In this document: piece after piece, positions 12,303 to 26,914 of the stretch
How the letters are laid out: each line of letters starts with the position of its first letter
Numbering within the stretch: the stretch's first letter is position 1
NCBI GenBank assembly: GCA_021613535.1
Contig: CP075496.1
Location: 5,394,001 to 5,458,000, forward strand
DNA length: 64,000 nucleotides
Direction: 5' to 3'
From: Adineta vaga
Taxonomy: Eukaryota; Animalia; Rotifera
The notes under the pieces: model-generated
What the model saw: the letters and a program-made list of their open reading frames with translations, nothing else
The model's database searches: none
What the model was told of the DNA's origin: nothing
Position numbers and translations under genes: made by a program

Positions 12303-15300
12303 ATGACGGCTACTGAACAACGAACAACCGGTTTATTTCCTCATCAAAATGAACGAACATCACCATCAACTGTCTCATGTGTTTCATCAAATGTTGGTTC
12401 AATAACAGAATTTCTGTTTTCATCTTCATCACATTCCACTTTAACACCTTCTTCAAACATTCCATCAGATGAAATATCTCCACAATCATCCGATGAATTT
12501 CAGTCATCACCACCACAAATTCTTATACATACCACAAGTGAACAATGTCTTGATATCAATCAACAATCACCCATGAATATTAATCAAACAGCAGTAAGAA
12601 TAAATTTTTTTTCCAAATTATACAAAGAAAATAAATCTTGATTTTCTTTTTTCTTTTCGAAAATAAAAGGTATCCGAAAGTGATACGGAACCATCGAGTG
12701 CGGGAAATAAAGAAAAACTAGGACATCGTCGTGTTGATGAAACTGGAAATGTCACTTATAAACGTGTGATGGTAGATGATTTGATGAAATCCCTACAAAT
12801 CGGTCTTAATTATATCCTTGGTAAACATCATCAACCTCAACGTCAAGTACTCATACAAGATTTTCAACAAGTAGAATATCAAGATTTTCCTCCGTAAATA
12901 TTCTTCGATATGCTTCTTTCAGTCAAAATTTAAGGATTATTCTTTTCAGAGAAGGTTCCAAATCAACGCCAATACATCCATATGCAGAATTTCGATTAAA
13001 AACATATGCACAAATAGCATTTCGCTTTTTTCGTAATGCATTCGGTGTTGATCCATCATCATTTATGGTACGTATTTCACATTATGATGAGAGAAAAAGC
13101 AAAACTCGATAAAGAATTGACGTTTCTTTCTTTAACGAAATGTAATATTTAATGTGTTGAATGCACGAAATGATCAAATCAGATTATCAGTCATTTTTCA
13201 ATGACAGGAAGAGTAATTTTGATATTTAATAAGATCTAATAAGCAAAATTTATTCATAGTTGAAACGTAAAAATGACCCAACATTAGGAAAGAATAGTAG
13301 ATGTTAGAATGCAATCTGGACTTTTTCCTCTCATATATTTATTTATTCAAACAAAACTAAAAACAAATAGTATCGTCTTACGTGTTGATTCAAAGTCAAG
13401 CAAAACTGACATCGAGCAATTCTAGACTTTTATCAATACGGACAGTATAATCAATCACGTCATTATCTCAAATAGTTTCAGTGAGATGGTTATGATATCA
13501 GAAAACAACAACTTTATTTTAAGTCTCTTCTATTCAATTTATCTCTATTTCCTGTAGTTTTAATCTCCTTTTAAAAAGATTCTTTTCATTGAAAGATCAT
13601 TATAATTGCTACTGAAGAATCTAATCCTTTTTCAAGATCATTTTCGAGAAACAAAACTTGATTTGATAAATTGTAATCATTCTGAAGTACAATCTCAAGA
13701 TCGATCACAATATTTCTGTAATAAAAACCCGAACGAATATCATAAATCAGATCAGCTCGATTAACATAAAGCATTCTCTATTTTGCCAAAGTCTGTCAAT
13801 ACTTAAATCATTATTTTTAATGATTGACATCTGTTATTGAAACACATATCGAACATTCCAATGATCTGTAAGCAACAGATTTTACTGTGAGAACTCATGA
13901 AATATTTGTTTACAAAGACGATTATTCACATCCTACCGATGTGTTATTTTCTCTCGTATATCTATGTAAATTAATTGCTATAAATAGAGATAGATATATA
14001 AATAAAACGATGATATATGACTAGCCGCCCTCTGCTTGTTCCGAATGTTGTTTTGATAAGATAATTTGATAATGGCGTCGATAAAAGATGACACATCGAT
14101 TGTATTGATTATCATATTTTCAACATTTTTCTTTTCATTATTATTATTATTATTCTAGTTGTCATTATGTGCTAAAGATTTACGTGAATTGCCTAATCCA
14201 GGTGCGAGTGGTTCGATATTCTATATTACAGCTGATGATACATATATCATAAAAACAGTCTCGAAAAAAGAAGCTCGTTTTTTACTTAGTCTTTTACCTG
14301 GATATTATATGAATCTAACTCAAAATCCTTTTACATTATTACCGAAATTTTTCGGTCTTTATTGTTATCAAAGTGCCAATAAGAATATTCGTTTTGTTAT
14401 TATGAATAATTTAATTCCAACAAATGTCAAATTACATGAAAAATATGATTTAAAAGGATCGATTTATAAACGAAAAGCATCAGAAGAAGAACGAAAACGT
14501 GAATTACCCACATTAAAAGATAATGATTTTAAATCATTACATTCTCGTGGTCTAACGATAGAACCATTTTTTCATGATCAACTAATGCAAACAATCGAAG
14601 ATGATGTTCGAGTATGTGTTGTTATTTTTCTTTCTTCTTTCATGAAAGATAACTCTACTTTTATTTTAGGTTCTCGGAAGTTTTGATATCATGGATTATT
14701 CTCTTCTACTTGCTGTTCATAATATAACCGAAGAAATGAAATCAACACAAAATCCATCTCTCTTACCACCATCAGTAATTCCATCACCAACTTCATGTAA
14801 ACGAACACCTTCATCATCGGATATTACAGCGAATTCATCATTAAGTATTCATGAAGAATTAAGAACAACAGCATCAACTGATTCTGGTATTACAATGACC
14901 ACTGTACCGAATCTTCCAACATATATTCAATATATACGTGTCATTGAATTTATACGTACTCAACAAGAACCATCCATACGAACATCATCCGTCTCTAATG
15001 TAGAGAATTCTGTAACTGATAATCTCGATACAGCAAGTATAAAAACAGTCAAACCAGATGCTTCACCATTATTAAATACGCACTTACCTCCAACTTCTGA
15101 TATTCAATCAATTGTTCCTCGAAATAGTAAAAGTCCAACAAATATGCACGAATCATCATCATCACCATATCATGTCACTAATGCTCTAATTGGCGGTGAT
15201 TTGTGGTACAATCGACAGAATCTTTCACGTCTTGCTATGTATGTTATATGTTTTCTTTGTATCTATATATAGGATTATACCGATGAATAAATGGTGAGAT

Positions 15301-16025
15301 CAACTACGCTCATATTATCAGCTCGCTGTTTTGAAATGACGCTTTAAGAAGAGAAAAAAATAACGCATCCCTTTCAGAATCAATCTATTTCGAAAGAATG
15401 AGAACTAATAAAAAGCTTTTGAACAAGCAGTCAATACATTCGTTTTTCGCTTTATTTTAGGGCCGGAATTCCAGCTGTTAATAAAAATGGTGATCTATTA
15501 TTGTTATATGTTGGTATCATTGATATTCTACAAAACTATCGTCTACGAAAAAAATTAGAACATGCTTTTAAATCCACATTAGTGACACGAGTATGTAGCT
15601 TAAACTTTTCTTGTCTAAAACAAAAATTTCTATAAAATTTGTTGATTTCTAGGAAGAAATATCTGTTTGCAATCCCAGTCATTATGGTGATCGTTTTGTC
15701 AGATTTCTTTCAGATAAAGTATTCCGTAAAGGTATGAAAACATTTATCTTGTAAACTAGTTTCAGTATAATCTTTGCTTTTCTAGGTGGTCCAAATGGCA
15801 ACACATTACTGTCGGATACTCAGTCGAATACAGATCGAATTACTTTGCACAGTAGTAGGTATGTTATATTGCTGTTACAGATCTCATTGTTTTTCTATTT
15901 ATTATTCTAATAAAATCCATGTTTTATTTAGATTATTAAATGCTTCATCATATCGTTCTCAAACGAGTGATGATAATTCCTCAATCACGAATAATAACAA
16001 TGAAATGCATAGTATAAAATCTTGA
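12303..16025 (+). CDS. PIP5K1: Type I phosphatidylinositol-4-phosphate 5-kinase, paralog B (multi-exon)
   Basis: [92 protein letters not shown]. Exons ~12303-12593, 12670-12893, 12950-13067, 14159-14611, 14670-15237, ~15461-15590, ~15652-15731, 15786-15858, 15932-16025. Confidence 0.93.
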
Positions 16026-17496
16026 TCTTAATTCTTTTTCTTCTTCAATGAAACTGTTTTTTGTTTTTTTTTATAATCGAATATCTATCCCTTCTGTCTT
16101 TCTTTTGTTTGTTTTTTTTTGTTAATATATATGACTCACAATGATCTCGTCATTATCGCTTTCAACTTTATTTCTTTCGTGTCTCTCTCTCTCTCTCCCT
16201 CTCTCATTTTTTGTCTATATCTGGAAGAACGAAATCATGCATGTACGACTTTTCTCTGGTGAATTGTTCTTTCTTAGTGTCGTCTATTGATACAGCACGT
16301 AACAGAAGAAAAACTTGTTCCTTTTCTTTTTCTTCTGGAATCTTATGCATTCGTATGTGTATTTATAATACAACAAAAATTAATTCAGATCAGAAAAAAA
16401 ACGATTTAAGAATAAAATACATTTCATCTTGATACATAATGATACTCGTTGTCTTTCTATAGTATAGATTTGAAGAAAACAAGATACTCTGCATTTGCTT
16501 TAAATATATCTTGTGAATGACAAATGGGAATTAATAGTTAAATTGACTTTTTTTCTAGATTGTTTAATACAATAATGGATCTATGTACATGTATTACTAA
16601 CGATGTAATTAAGCAGTTGTTGATTAATTCTGTTGCAAAAATCATACTTATAGGTAGGAAATTCATTCTAGTTTTTGAAAGAAATGTTGATACATTTCTT
16701 AAATTAGTTTTGTAGAAAATTGTCTACTTATAATCGATAATAAGAAGTACGTTGAAATAGTATCCTTCATTTAGTTATACTGGTACGGCCTTAGTCAATG
16801 TCAATTGCTCGAACTATACGAACTTAATAATCTTGTCTATTATTCTAGAGCACATATATCTTTAGAAGAAAAAAGACCCTTTTTGCACATTCTAATTATC
16901 ACAATTATCAGTTTCTTTTTCATGAGTGCGAGTGCACCAATATAAATTGAACTTGTAGTACTGTTTCACATGTGAATGTTATATTTGCATTCGACGAAGA
17001 CAGCTATAGAATAATTCATATTTTAATTGAAGTAATGAAAAAATTACATGTAAAATATAAGCAATGACTTTTGTAACTAATAATTAATGTATTTAACATA
17101 CGATGGCGAAAATAAAATTCTGAACTTGAATGTTACTTTGACTCGTATTTCATAGTATCAAAAACGAAGAAACAACCTTGACGACAAAAGGAAAAAATGT
17201 GAAATATCTGCCATTGAGATAGGTTTTTTTTTCATTTCTTCATTCTCTTCAAGAATAGATGAAAAACAAAAATAGATGTTCTATCCTTTTAGCATAGAAG
17301 AACATGTTTTTTATTCATCAATGTTTCGAGAAGTGGAGAAGAAGAAAAAAGTTTGAATTTCGCAGTTTTTATTGTACTATTTTAGGACTGATCGTTCGCA
17401 CGTATTGAATTTGGTAATGATAGTTGATAATAAATAGAACATTTGCAGTGCAAATTATTCTCATCTATAAAACATCGATTTTGATCAATTGTAATT

Positions 17497-20135
17497 ATGG
17501 ACAATCGAGATTTTTGGTCATACATGAAAGTTGCAAAACCAGTAAGTCATTTTCGAAAAAAAAACTAGTTTTCTAAAGACCACCGATCAACAAAGAATAT
17601 TCTTCTGTGAATTAATACATTTTTTTTAGCCAGAATATAATGCATCATTGATCTCACCACTACCAACATCATCGTCATCTCAACGTCTATCATTTTTCTC
17701 TTGGTTTCTCGAACAGATTCGGTCATTTTATCGCTTTTTTTATGTACATTTACATGATCTGATTTTATCATCTTTATTTGGTTATTTAACTTTAAATGAA
17801 AAACTCTATGTTGCTATACACGAAAATGATTTATATAAAGCTCGAAAATTATTATCTCATGGTGCTTCGCCAGCATATATACCTCTTGATTATAAAACTA
17901 TCTTTTCACATTTAATCAAAAATAATAATGAAATCAAAAATTATTATTCTGAAACAAGTCTATTTGCATCAATACTTGCTAGTGATAGTATGTTATATAT
18001 GGCTGTATCGAATAATAATTATAATTTAATTCAAGAATTAATTCATTATTATGATTATGGACAAATTGGTCAACATACAGAAGTTGTTTCCTTATGTTTA
18101 GCTGTCAAACGTGGTTATTTGAATATAACTGAATATCTAATCGATTATGGTCATATTAATCCAAATGATTCTGTTAAATTAGGTTGTAAACATTGTAAAA
18201 CTCATTCTGATGACACACAACGATATCAGTATCCTCTATATCGTAAGTAAATTATATTTAGATGAATTTTATTTATAGAAAAGATGTTTTTCGTCTTTCT
18301 ATAGATGCTTGCCGAGAGAATCATTTGCATTTAGTGAAATATTTAATTGAATTAAAACATTGTGATATAAATCAATTAACAGCTTCATATGAAACGTGTT
18401 TACATGGAGCGATTCTGGGTGCTGTTGAAAACCGTTTTGATTCATCGTCTAGTAATCAACGACGATTTCAAATTGTGAAATATCTTTTAGCAAGATCCGA
18501 TTGTCTTACTGATATTGGTATGTTTGATTGCTTGAGAAATAAGATGTGTGAATTGAAAATTACGTCGACGAAATAAGAAATTGAAAATAACTTTTTTTTT
18601 TAAAATTCTAGGTCTCAATCCATTATGTATCAGTCTTGCACATGATAATATCTATGACTATACAAGTTTATTATTATTTTACAAATGTAATGTGAATCGA
18701 CTTGGATGGAATCGTTATGAAACTAAAACATCTCATCGACGACAAACTAGTCATTTAGTATATTCACTTGATCATCCATTAAATATATGTTTACGTCATT
18801 TATGTCAAATCAATGATAATAATAACACTGCTGATCATTCTTGTTTTAAACAGCATGCATTAAAATTAATCAAAGATAATTCAAATATCTATGCCATGTA
18901 TGATTATAGTCCAAATTATCCATTTTTACTTGCAGTACAAACGGGTGACATCACGTTAGTCGAAGCAATACTTATAAATGCTCAATCATATATACGCTTC
19001 GATATTATCGAACCACTTATTATTGCTTGTACAAAATCATTTCATGATATTGTGAAACTTCTAATTGATTTTGGTTTCAATCCAAATACAATTATGATCA
19101 ATCGAGATTATGAAAAAATAGAAAATCGTAAGATATTTTATAATTTCGAGTTGATGCATTCATAAAACTTTTATCTTTGTAGCTGTTTTGAATGAAACAA
19201 ATTCATCTGAATTTTTTGAATATCTTAATCGTTATTGTATATATCCAACTCAATCATCAGAAGAAATATATTCATTTTTATCTCCAACAAAAAATCATCG
19301 TCCAAATACGTATATCAATTATGATCAACATATAACTCCATTTTTAGCACTTGCACGTATGTCTTCTTGGATATTTCATCCAGATAAATATGAAACAACA
19401 ATGAAAACAATTGAAAATCTTGTTTCTTCTATTCCAATCGATTTTTCTATTCGACCAAATTGTTTTTCGTTCTACTATTCACTATTAAATGAACATATGC
19501 CAATGGTATATTATTGTTTAGCAAATTTATGTCCAATTAATCTTTTACATCATACAATTGATTTTTTACCTTCTTGCTCATTAAGAAATCATTTTTCTTA
19601 TACATTGTTCCATTTAATATCTGTTTGTTGCCGTTTATCATCAAGTAATCGAGTCAAACGTGCTTTATTTGATTCATATGCAAAAGCCGTCTTACGTATT
19701 CATACGTATAATCGTTCATCATCAATGGCAAGTGTTGTCGCTTATATGCAACTATGGTTTACTGATGAAGATTTTGTTGCTGATCAGAGTTTATATGAAC
19801 ATCTTATGTCATTACCATATATTGATGATATTATCGAAGTCTATGACGAAAAGATATTGCGTGCATTGTTTGATGTACATTATCAACGAATAATTGAACG
19901 TAAACCACGTTCAAGACCAATGTATAAATTGAAGGAAATTTGTCGTTTCAAAATTCGTCAATTGTGTCAAGTTTATTGTGAACGTCATCAAGTAAATATG
20001 TTAATAATGACATCTCAATTCGATTATTTATCGAAAACTCTTCAAACATATCTGTTTTATACAAGAATTCGATCAAAATTATTAATCAACAAGTTGTTAA
20101 ATAATGAATCATGGAATAATATACAGTGGATGTAA
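17497..20135 (+). CDS. Ankyrin repeat and SOCS box protein (ASB-like; probable Elongin BC-Cullin5 adaptor)
   Basis: ATG 17497 (MDNRDFWSY), intron 17542-17629. Ankyrin-like repeats: LYVAIHEND..LLSHGA; LCLAVKRGYLNITEYLI; ETCLHGAI; PLIIACTKSFHDIVKLLIDFGFNPN. C-terminal SOCS box: PMYKLKEICRFKIR...YLSKTLQTYL. Confidence 0.8.
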
Positions 20136-20308
20136 TGATTTGTAAATAGAATAGTCAATTGTTTTTAAATATTTGCAATACTTTCTTTTTTTTATCGATT
20201 TATTTATTTCACCTGATAATTTCGATAGAATAAATAACAGTGATCATGTATATTTTATATTATTTTGTAGTTTTTAGATTCATTTAAAAGAGAAAAGAAA
20301 AATAAAGC

Positions 20309-20912
20309 ATGGCTTCAATGTCACCATGTACAATAGAAAAAGATGTACTTGATGCGATGAAAAAATTTCGACGATCATCAAATAAATCAACAATGGCTAT
20401 GATATGTAACTGATGAAATAAATCTCTTTACTATATTTTGCATAATTATGTCGTCTTTTCTTAACAGTACGATGTGATATGAAAACAAATCAAGTTGTGA
20501 TCGATAAAGAATTAAAAGTAAGTTTAAACAAAATACTCTCCTAAACTTTTCAATTGTGACAATTATCATTGATTTGATAGGATATTAATGTAGAACAATT
20601 AATTGATGAATTACCAAGTCGTGAACCTCGTTTTATTTTACATAGTCACGAATTAAAACATGCTGATGGTCGTGTTCAATATCCGCTCAATTTAATTTTA
20701 TACATTCCTGATGGATGTGGAACAAATAATCGTTTTACATATGCATCAACAGCAAATGCTGTCTCAGCTTCATCTGGTATTACTCGCGTATGTTGCTATT
20801 ATCTCTGATTAAGAATAATGAAACAAACGATTTCGAATAATTTTAGATTATTGAATTACGTGAAGATATTTCTGCTGAATGGCTCAATAGAGAATTAGAA
20901 AAAACATATTAA
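20309..20912 (+). CDS. GMF: Glia maturation factor (ADF-H domain, Arp2/3 debranching factor); 4 exons, absent from the ORF track
   Basis: Spliced translation: MASMSPCTIEKDVLDAMKKFRR..AMILRCDMKT..EQLIDELPSREPRFILHSHELKHADGRVQYPLNLILYIPDGC..FTYAST..IIELREDISAEWLNRELEKTY*. This matches the GMF pattern LP..PRF....HxDGRVxYPL. Confidence 0.92.
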
Positions 20913-21120
20913 TCAAAACATTTTCTTCAAAATACATTCGATTCTTTCTTAATTTTCATATGTAATCATTATTCCAATAATTTGTTCTTTTCTTTCGTCT
21001 GATATTCAGTATTATCTAAAGCAATACTGCTTCTTCTTCTTCTTTCTTTCTTTCTTTGCTTTGTAATTGACATGTGAAATTTATTTGTTGTGAAAAACGC
21101 AAAAAAAAAGTAATATTAAA

Positions 21121-23294
21121 TCACCACATGATCCAACGATCTAAATACGATGCTAACGGTAAAAGATGTTCATTGTATTGATTTGTTTGAACTACACAAC
21201 AATCTACAGCACCTAAATCTTTATCGATTTCGAATTGTTCATCGATTTTAATATTTGAACTATCACTCAAATCAATACGTTCGATTTGCTTTGTTGCATC
21301 ACCTGTTTGACAATTATGACCACCAATGATATATAATGATGAGCCTGCGAGAAGAAAAACAAAACAAAGATAATCATGACGACATACGATAAAACACGTC
21401 CTGTAATATTAGATTAGTGTTGATTTAGTCTTGGAGTCGTTGTCAGGCTTCAAAATCAAAGACATGACATGATATAATTTTTTCTTCTTCCGTTATAATA
21501 TTTACTAAGACATATGTGCAAAAGAAAATATCTCGTAATCATTTTAAGACATGTTTATCGATCAAAAAACTGTATGAATCACTTGCTGACAGTACGATAT
21601 AGAAGATTTGCATTAAAATACTGATAAATTTTTATTCTACATAATAACAAAATCAAACGAGAACATTTGATATGATTATCTTAGATGAAAATCTATTATC
21701 TCTAATCTTTCGAACTTTGTGGATTATATTTTCGCCTGATATGTGAATATCGACAGTCTGTAAGTAAACTCGTGTGAGAGTACATTTTATCTGATACTTC
21801 TTAGGATGGATTGCACGTCGTATTTGAGAATCGTGTGCATATTTTTTGTAATCACATGAGCGTGAGAGATGAAAAACTATAACGTAATGCACATTGTAAT
21901 TCCAATCTGACTCATCTTATCTTGAAACATGAATGTCATTCTATCACAAATGATAATACATTAGATAAAAACAAAATTGCGCCGTTAAAATTCTTCATCA
22001 AACTATGACAGATGCTATTTTTTTACTAGTAAATTAATAATAAACTACCGTTTGGTGTGTCTTATTCTTGATTATAGTTTATCAATTCCGAAGTAAAACA
22101 AACCTACGCTTTGCAATCTTTTCTTGGCCTTATTAATTCTTAAAACAGGTGTTTTATATCCTACAATTTCTCATGAAATATGAGAACTTGAAAAGAAAGA
22201 CATTTTCTACGAGTAAAACTAGTTGTTTTTTTTCTCACCTAATTGAAAATAACCACAATCGGTTCGTGGGTGTTCTAATTGAACATCGAGTTCTTCCCAC
22301 TCGGGTATACTTTCAGGTGATTGATTAACAGCACGAATAATTGTCCCAATATTCTGAGCATCGTCATCATTTTTATGACAGCCTTATATTAAAAGAAAGA
22401 AAAAACAACGAGAACGTCATAATTATAGATATATTTATATTCACATACCTCCAAATATTAATATATTATGATTGATAACTGTCAAACAGTGTTGTTGACG
22501 TGGACTAGGTAATACGTAATTTATTAATGAACGTTTCCATTCATTGGGTTGTGGATTAACAAGACTAGCAAAAAGAAAATTATATCGAAGAAATTCATAG
22601 ATATTATATTGACTAACACGAGTTCACCAGTTGATTTTGCTTCGATTGACGAATTTGTTCCACCTGATGACCATAATTTATTATGAATTGCAAATGATGC
22701 ATGATATCGTTTAGGTTTAGCAAAGATGCCTGCTTCTTTCCATGTGTTATTAATTGGATCATAAGCTTCAACTGATGGAACAATAATACCTTTTTGACCT
22801 TCTCCACCGAGCACATAGATTTTTGAATCGAAAATCGTCACTGCAAAATTAGCACTATGAAGATCAAAAACAGTAGAAATGAAAATGATTTTGAGCAGAG
22901 AGATAGGAAAGATTATCACTACCGTGCTGCTTTCATCGATTCACATCCTCGCCAGAAATCAATCTGTGCATCATATTTAAAAACTCCATTTGAGAGACGA
23001 CCTGTCGATGCATATCGACCTCCAATAATATACACAGAATTTTCCAGAGAAATCGCTCTGGATAAAGAAAAAGAAAAGTCATAAATATTATTCAAACAAG
23101 ATTTGAAAATCTTTTTTTTTCTTCTACCTGTAATCAATTAGATCACGCATAAAATAGAACGTTGTTGTTAATAACGTTGGATAGATACGTTCATCTCGTT
23201 GTGCCATTAAATACGGTACATCACATGATGGATGATTACGAGAAAATAACAAAATAAATGTCACTTTTTCTTCATTAGCTGGCAATGGTGTCAT
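21121..23294 (-). CDS. Kelch-repeat beta-propeller protein (no BTB domain seen)
   Basis: Repeats: SVYIIGGRY..VFKYD..DFW..MKAAR; KIYVLGGEG..SVEAYDPINNTW; KLWSSGG; NILIFGG; SLYIIGGHN. Stop TGA 21121-21123. The start at ATG 23294 is tentative. Confidence 0.8.
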
Positions 23295-25347
23295 GATATT
23301 GTTGTTCAACTTAGAAAACTTAGATATTCTCTGTTCGTTACAAGCAAATAGAACAAGTTTAATCACAAGTCTTTAAAAATCAATCGTTCTCTGTTCTTTT
23401 TGCTGTTAAATGTGTGTGCGTTCGGACAATAATAATAACAACAACAACAGTAGCAACAAGACATTGAGATGCATTTGTAAAAAAACATACACAAAAGCAC
23501 TCCGTTTTTTCTTTTTCTCTTAACGATCTCGGTTACTAGTATTTGAATGAGAAATAGAAAAATCATCAAATCAAAGTAAATGGCTCGATTTTTGTTTTGT
23601 GCTGTTAGCGAGTGAAAAGAAAAAACGCATTTCAATGACGTCAAGTGAACAAAATCTATCCAAAATGAAACAATCACTGTCAACCAAGCATATCTTCGTT
23701 GTATTCGATCAGAAAATAAATAAAATATCTAAATACATATCTGATCAAGGAGTGTAGTTTTTGATTGGTTGCATGTCGAAAAAAAAAATCTTATCTACCT
23801 GACGATTTATATCATATGTCAATATCAAACATGCATTGATAATGTTTTTTTTACATGTGATTGTAATGTGTCATTAACTGTATTGTATTTCTTCTTTTCG
23901 CTTGAGAAACAACACATGAAATAAACATTTCATTGGATTTGTATGAGGATATGATGACATATCAGATGTGTCTTACTGAAGTGTACTCAGCTGTTATATG
24001 ATTATAATAAAGTATGATGAGGAAGAAAGGTAGGAGAGAAAAACAATAAGTCTGATTGACGTATTTTAACAAACAAAAAAAAATGTAAATTATTACAATG
24101 TAAAATATGAAGAACTGAGATGCATTAGAAAAAAAAGAAAAAAGAAGAAAAATATCATGAGTCAAATAATAATTTTTCTGCGCTTCTGTATGCGCCCGCG
24201 CTTTTTTGCCCCGTTATAGTATGGCTGTTTTGTAAATGGATATATATATATATATATCATACGATTCTAAAGAAAGAAAAGTTCTGTAATCAGACATTCT
24301 TTGACATCATTCTCTATTCAGCAATTGCGTTTGTACTTATTGCCAAGTGTCAAAATTTACAGAAAATTTCAAATCAGGTATTTATAATGCTGTTATTGAC
24401 ACAAAAAAATAGAAGATTTTCATCTTTTTATTACCCCGTAATATAAATCGATCATTCATTTTTTACCCGATCACGATGACGAACTTTTCCATTGAGATAC
24501 AAATCGATATGTTAAATTATAGGAAAAAGGTGTCCTATCGTCATTGTTAAAATAAATAAATCATCTGACAAATACAGAGTAATTGAATTTTTGGCAAAAA
24601 ACAGACTTGATTTGACGTATGATTTACGTAGTACACTATATTCGAATATGTTTTACTATTTTTATCATCTTTCTTTCATCAAAAGCCTTATTCTTTTCTT
24701 TTTTCATACGTCAGCTGGTGAATATTAGATTTGTGATAAAGTTATATTATGTATTCATGCAAAGCAATGTAATGCAGACGATGTTATTTATTCAAAAAAA
24801 AGTAGCGAGATAAAAAAAGGAAAAAGAAAAACGAGAGAAAAAGAAGTGGGCGAAAATATTACGTATATATCTAACTCAACTTTCATCTTCAAAATTTGAT
24901 TCATTAATCAGAGAAAAAACGTTAATATTCATCCAAATTAGACTATTTTTCAATTAGTAGAAGGTAGAAATCAGGTAAATATATATGAAATCTTTGCTCA
25001 TAGTATTCACTACACTATATAGACCGATGACATCTATCGAGATTTAACAAAAAATTTTTTACACATAATATATAATATTAATGTAAAAAAAAACACTTTT
25101 TCTATGATAAATTCTGGAAAAAAATACAAGAAAAGTGTTTACGTTTTTTTTCTTCTTCTTTATACTATTCTCGTTCTTTCCATGTCCTTGTGAGTATACA
25201 CTGATTCAACAAAAAAACAATAAATAAAATAATTAAACATGTCAAAAAAAGAAAGTTAAACGAATAGTGAGTTGAATAAGAATCATTTTCTTCATGTAAG
25301 TTTCAATTCAAGATAATCTATTTATTTCATTTATTGATTTTCAAGGT

Positions 25348-26914
25348 ATGACTTCTCTTGTTAATGATCATATTTTGGCAGAAAAAAAATTTAATATGCT
25401 ATCGAATACTGACCTAACGATTACTCATTCAAATTCAAATACTTTCAGTAAAAGTATCACAAATATCAATTCATCATTAATAACATTAACTCCACCGGAA
25501 AATCGTTCTTCTTTAAGCAAAGTTTATCCTAATGCCGATGCTGACTATTGCACATTTATTCTTCCGAGACAATTTTTCGATTTAATCACTATAAATTCGT
25601 CATTACATGAACGTAAATATCGACCTGTTATGATTGATTGTCGTTCACAAATTGAGTTCGGTGTTGAACGTATTAATTCTTCATATAATGTGAATTGTCG
25701 AGCAAAACTTTTGATAAGAAAATTAACTTCAAAACGTTTAGAAGATATTGAATCAAACCTATCTTATGCATTAAATCATTCTGATAGTGTTATTCTTTAT
25801 GATCAATTAACAGATATACGAAGTGAAGAAAAATTACGTTCATCACCATTAAATCTCGTTGTTCAAGCAGCGAAAAGATCTAATAAAAAGATTTTTATTC
25901 TTCAAGGTAGGAATTGCCATTTATTCATCCGATAAGAATATTTCTCTATGAGAAATTCTTAGGTGGCTTTGATGCAATTAAATCTCAATATCCACATTTA
26001 ATTCAATCATCTGAAGAAATCTCAAAGGATAATTATGAAGATTATGTACCATCAACACCGGACACACTTGATAAAGAAAATTTTATTATGACTGAAATAT
26101 TGCCACATATTTTTGTTGGTATGTATTGTTTATTAAAACATGAAAATAGAAAGTAAAATCAATTGTCATGGTGAGGAATGAAAATTCAGAGAATTGAAAG
26201 ATTATTTTTCATGACGTCATTCAACAAATAACATGTGAAATGAATAATAGAGTAGAAAGATCAAAAATCTTCAAGGTTAAAATGATAAGAATGTTATCTT
26301 CTTTCTTTTAGGAAATATACTTGATTCACAAAATCTCGATCGATTAAATCAAAATGGCATTACACATATTATTAATTCAACACCCGATTTACCTTGTAAA
26401 TGGGAAGGAAAATATGAATATATTCGTGTTGATGCTCTAGATTTACCATCACAAAATATTCGCAAATATTTTGATGAAGTTTTTCAATTCATTGGTTAGT
26501 TTCTTTATTTTTCATATTCTATTCATTTCTTTTTCCATTAATTTAGATACAGCTTTACGTGATAAATCGAACAATGTTCTTGTTCATTGTTCAGCTGGTA
26601 TTAGCCGAAGTCCGACATTAGTACTTGCATATATGATCAAAAAATATCATTTGAAATTAGACGAAGCATTTAATAAAATGCGTCAATTACGTCGAATAGT
26701 TGATCCTAATGTTAGTTTCATGATTCAATTACAAGATTGGGAAAATAAATGTTTGGTATCATCATCATCATCATCATCAACAACTACGGGGGAATCGATT
26801 GAGAATCTTTCATGTACAAATTCTCGACCAACATCAAGTACATATTGTGGTTCAACATCGAAAACGAAAACAGATACTACAGCACGTACTGATTCAGCTA
26901 TTAGTGTTCAATAG
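25348..26914 (+). CDS. Dual-specificity MAP kinase phosphatase (rhodanese/CH2 domain + DSP domain)
   Basis: MIDCRS...INSSYNVNC..LLIRKL (KIM-like) and LQG|GF. DSP domain: TEILPHIFVG..GITHIINST, general-acid Asp in DALDLPSQNI, active site VLVHCSAGISRS, PNVSFMIQL. Confidence 0.93.
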
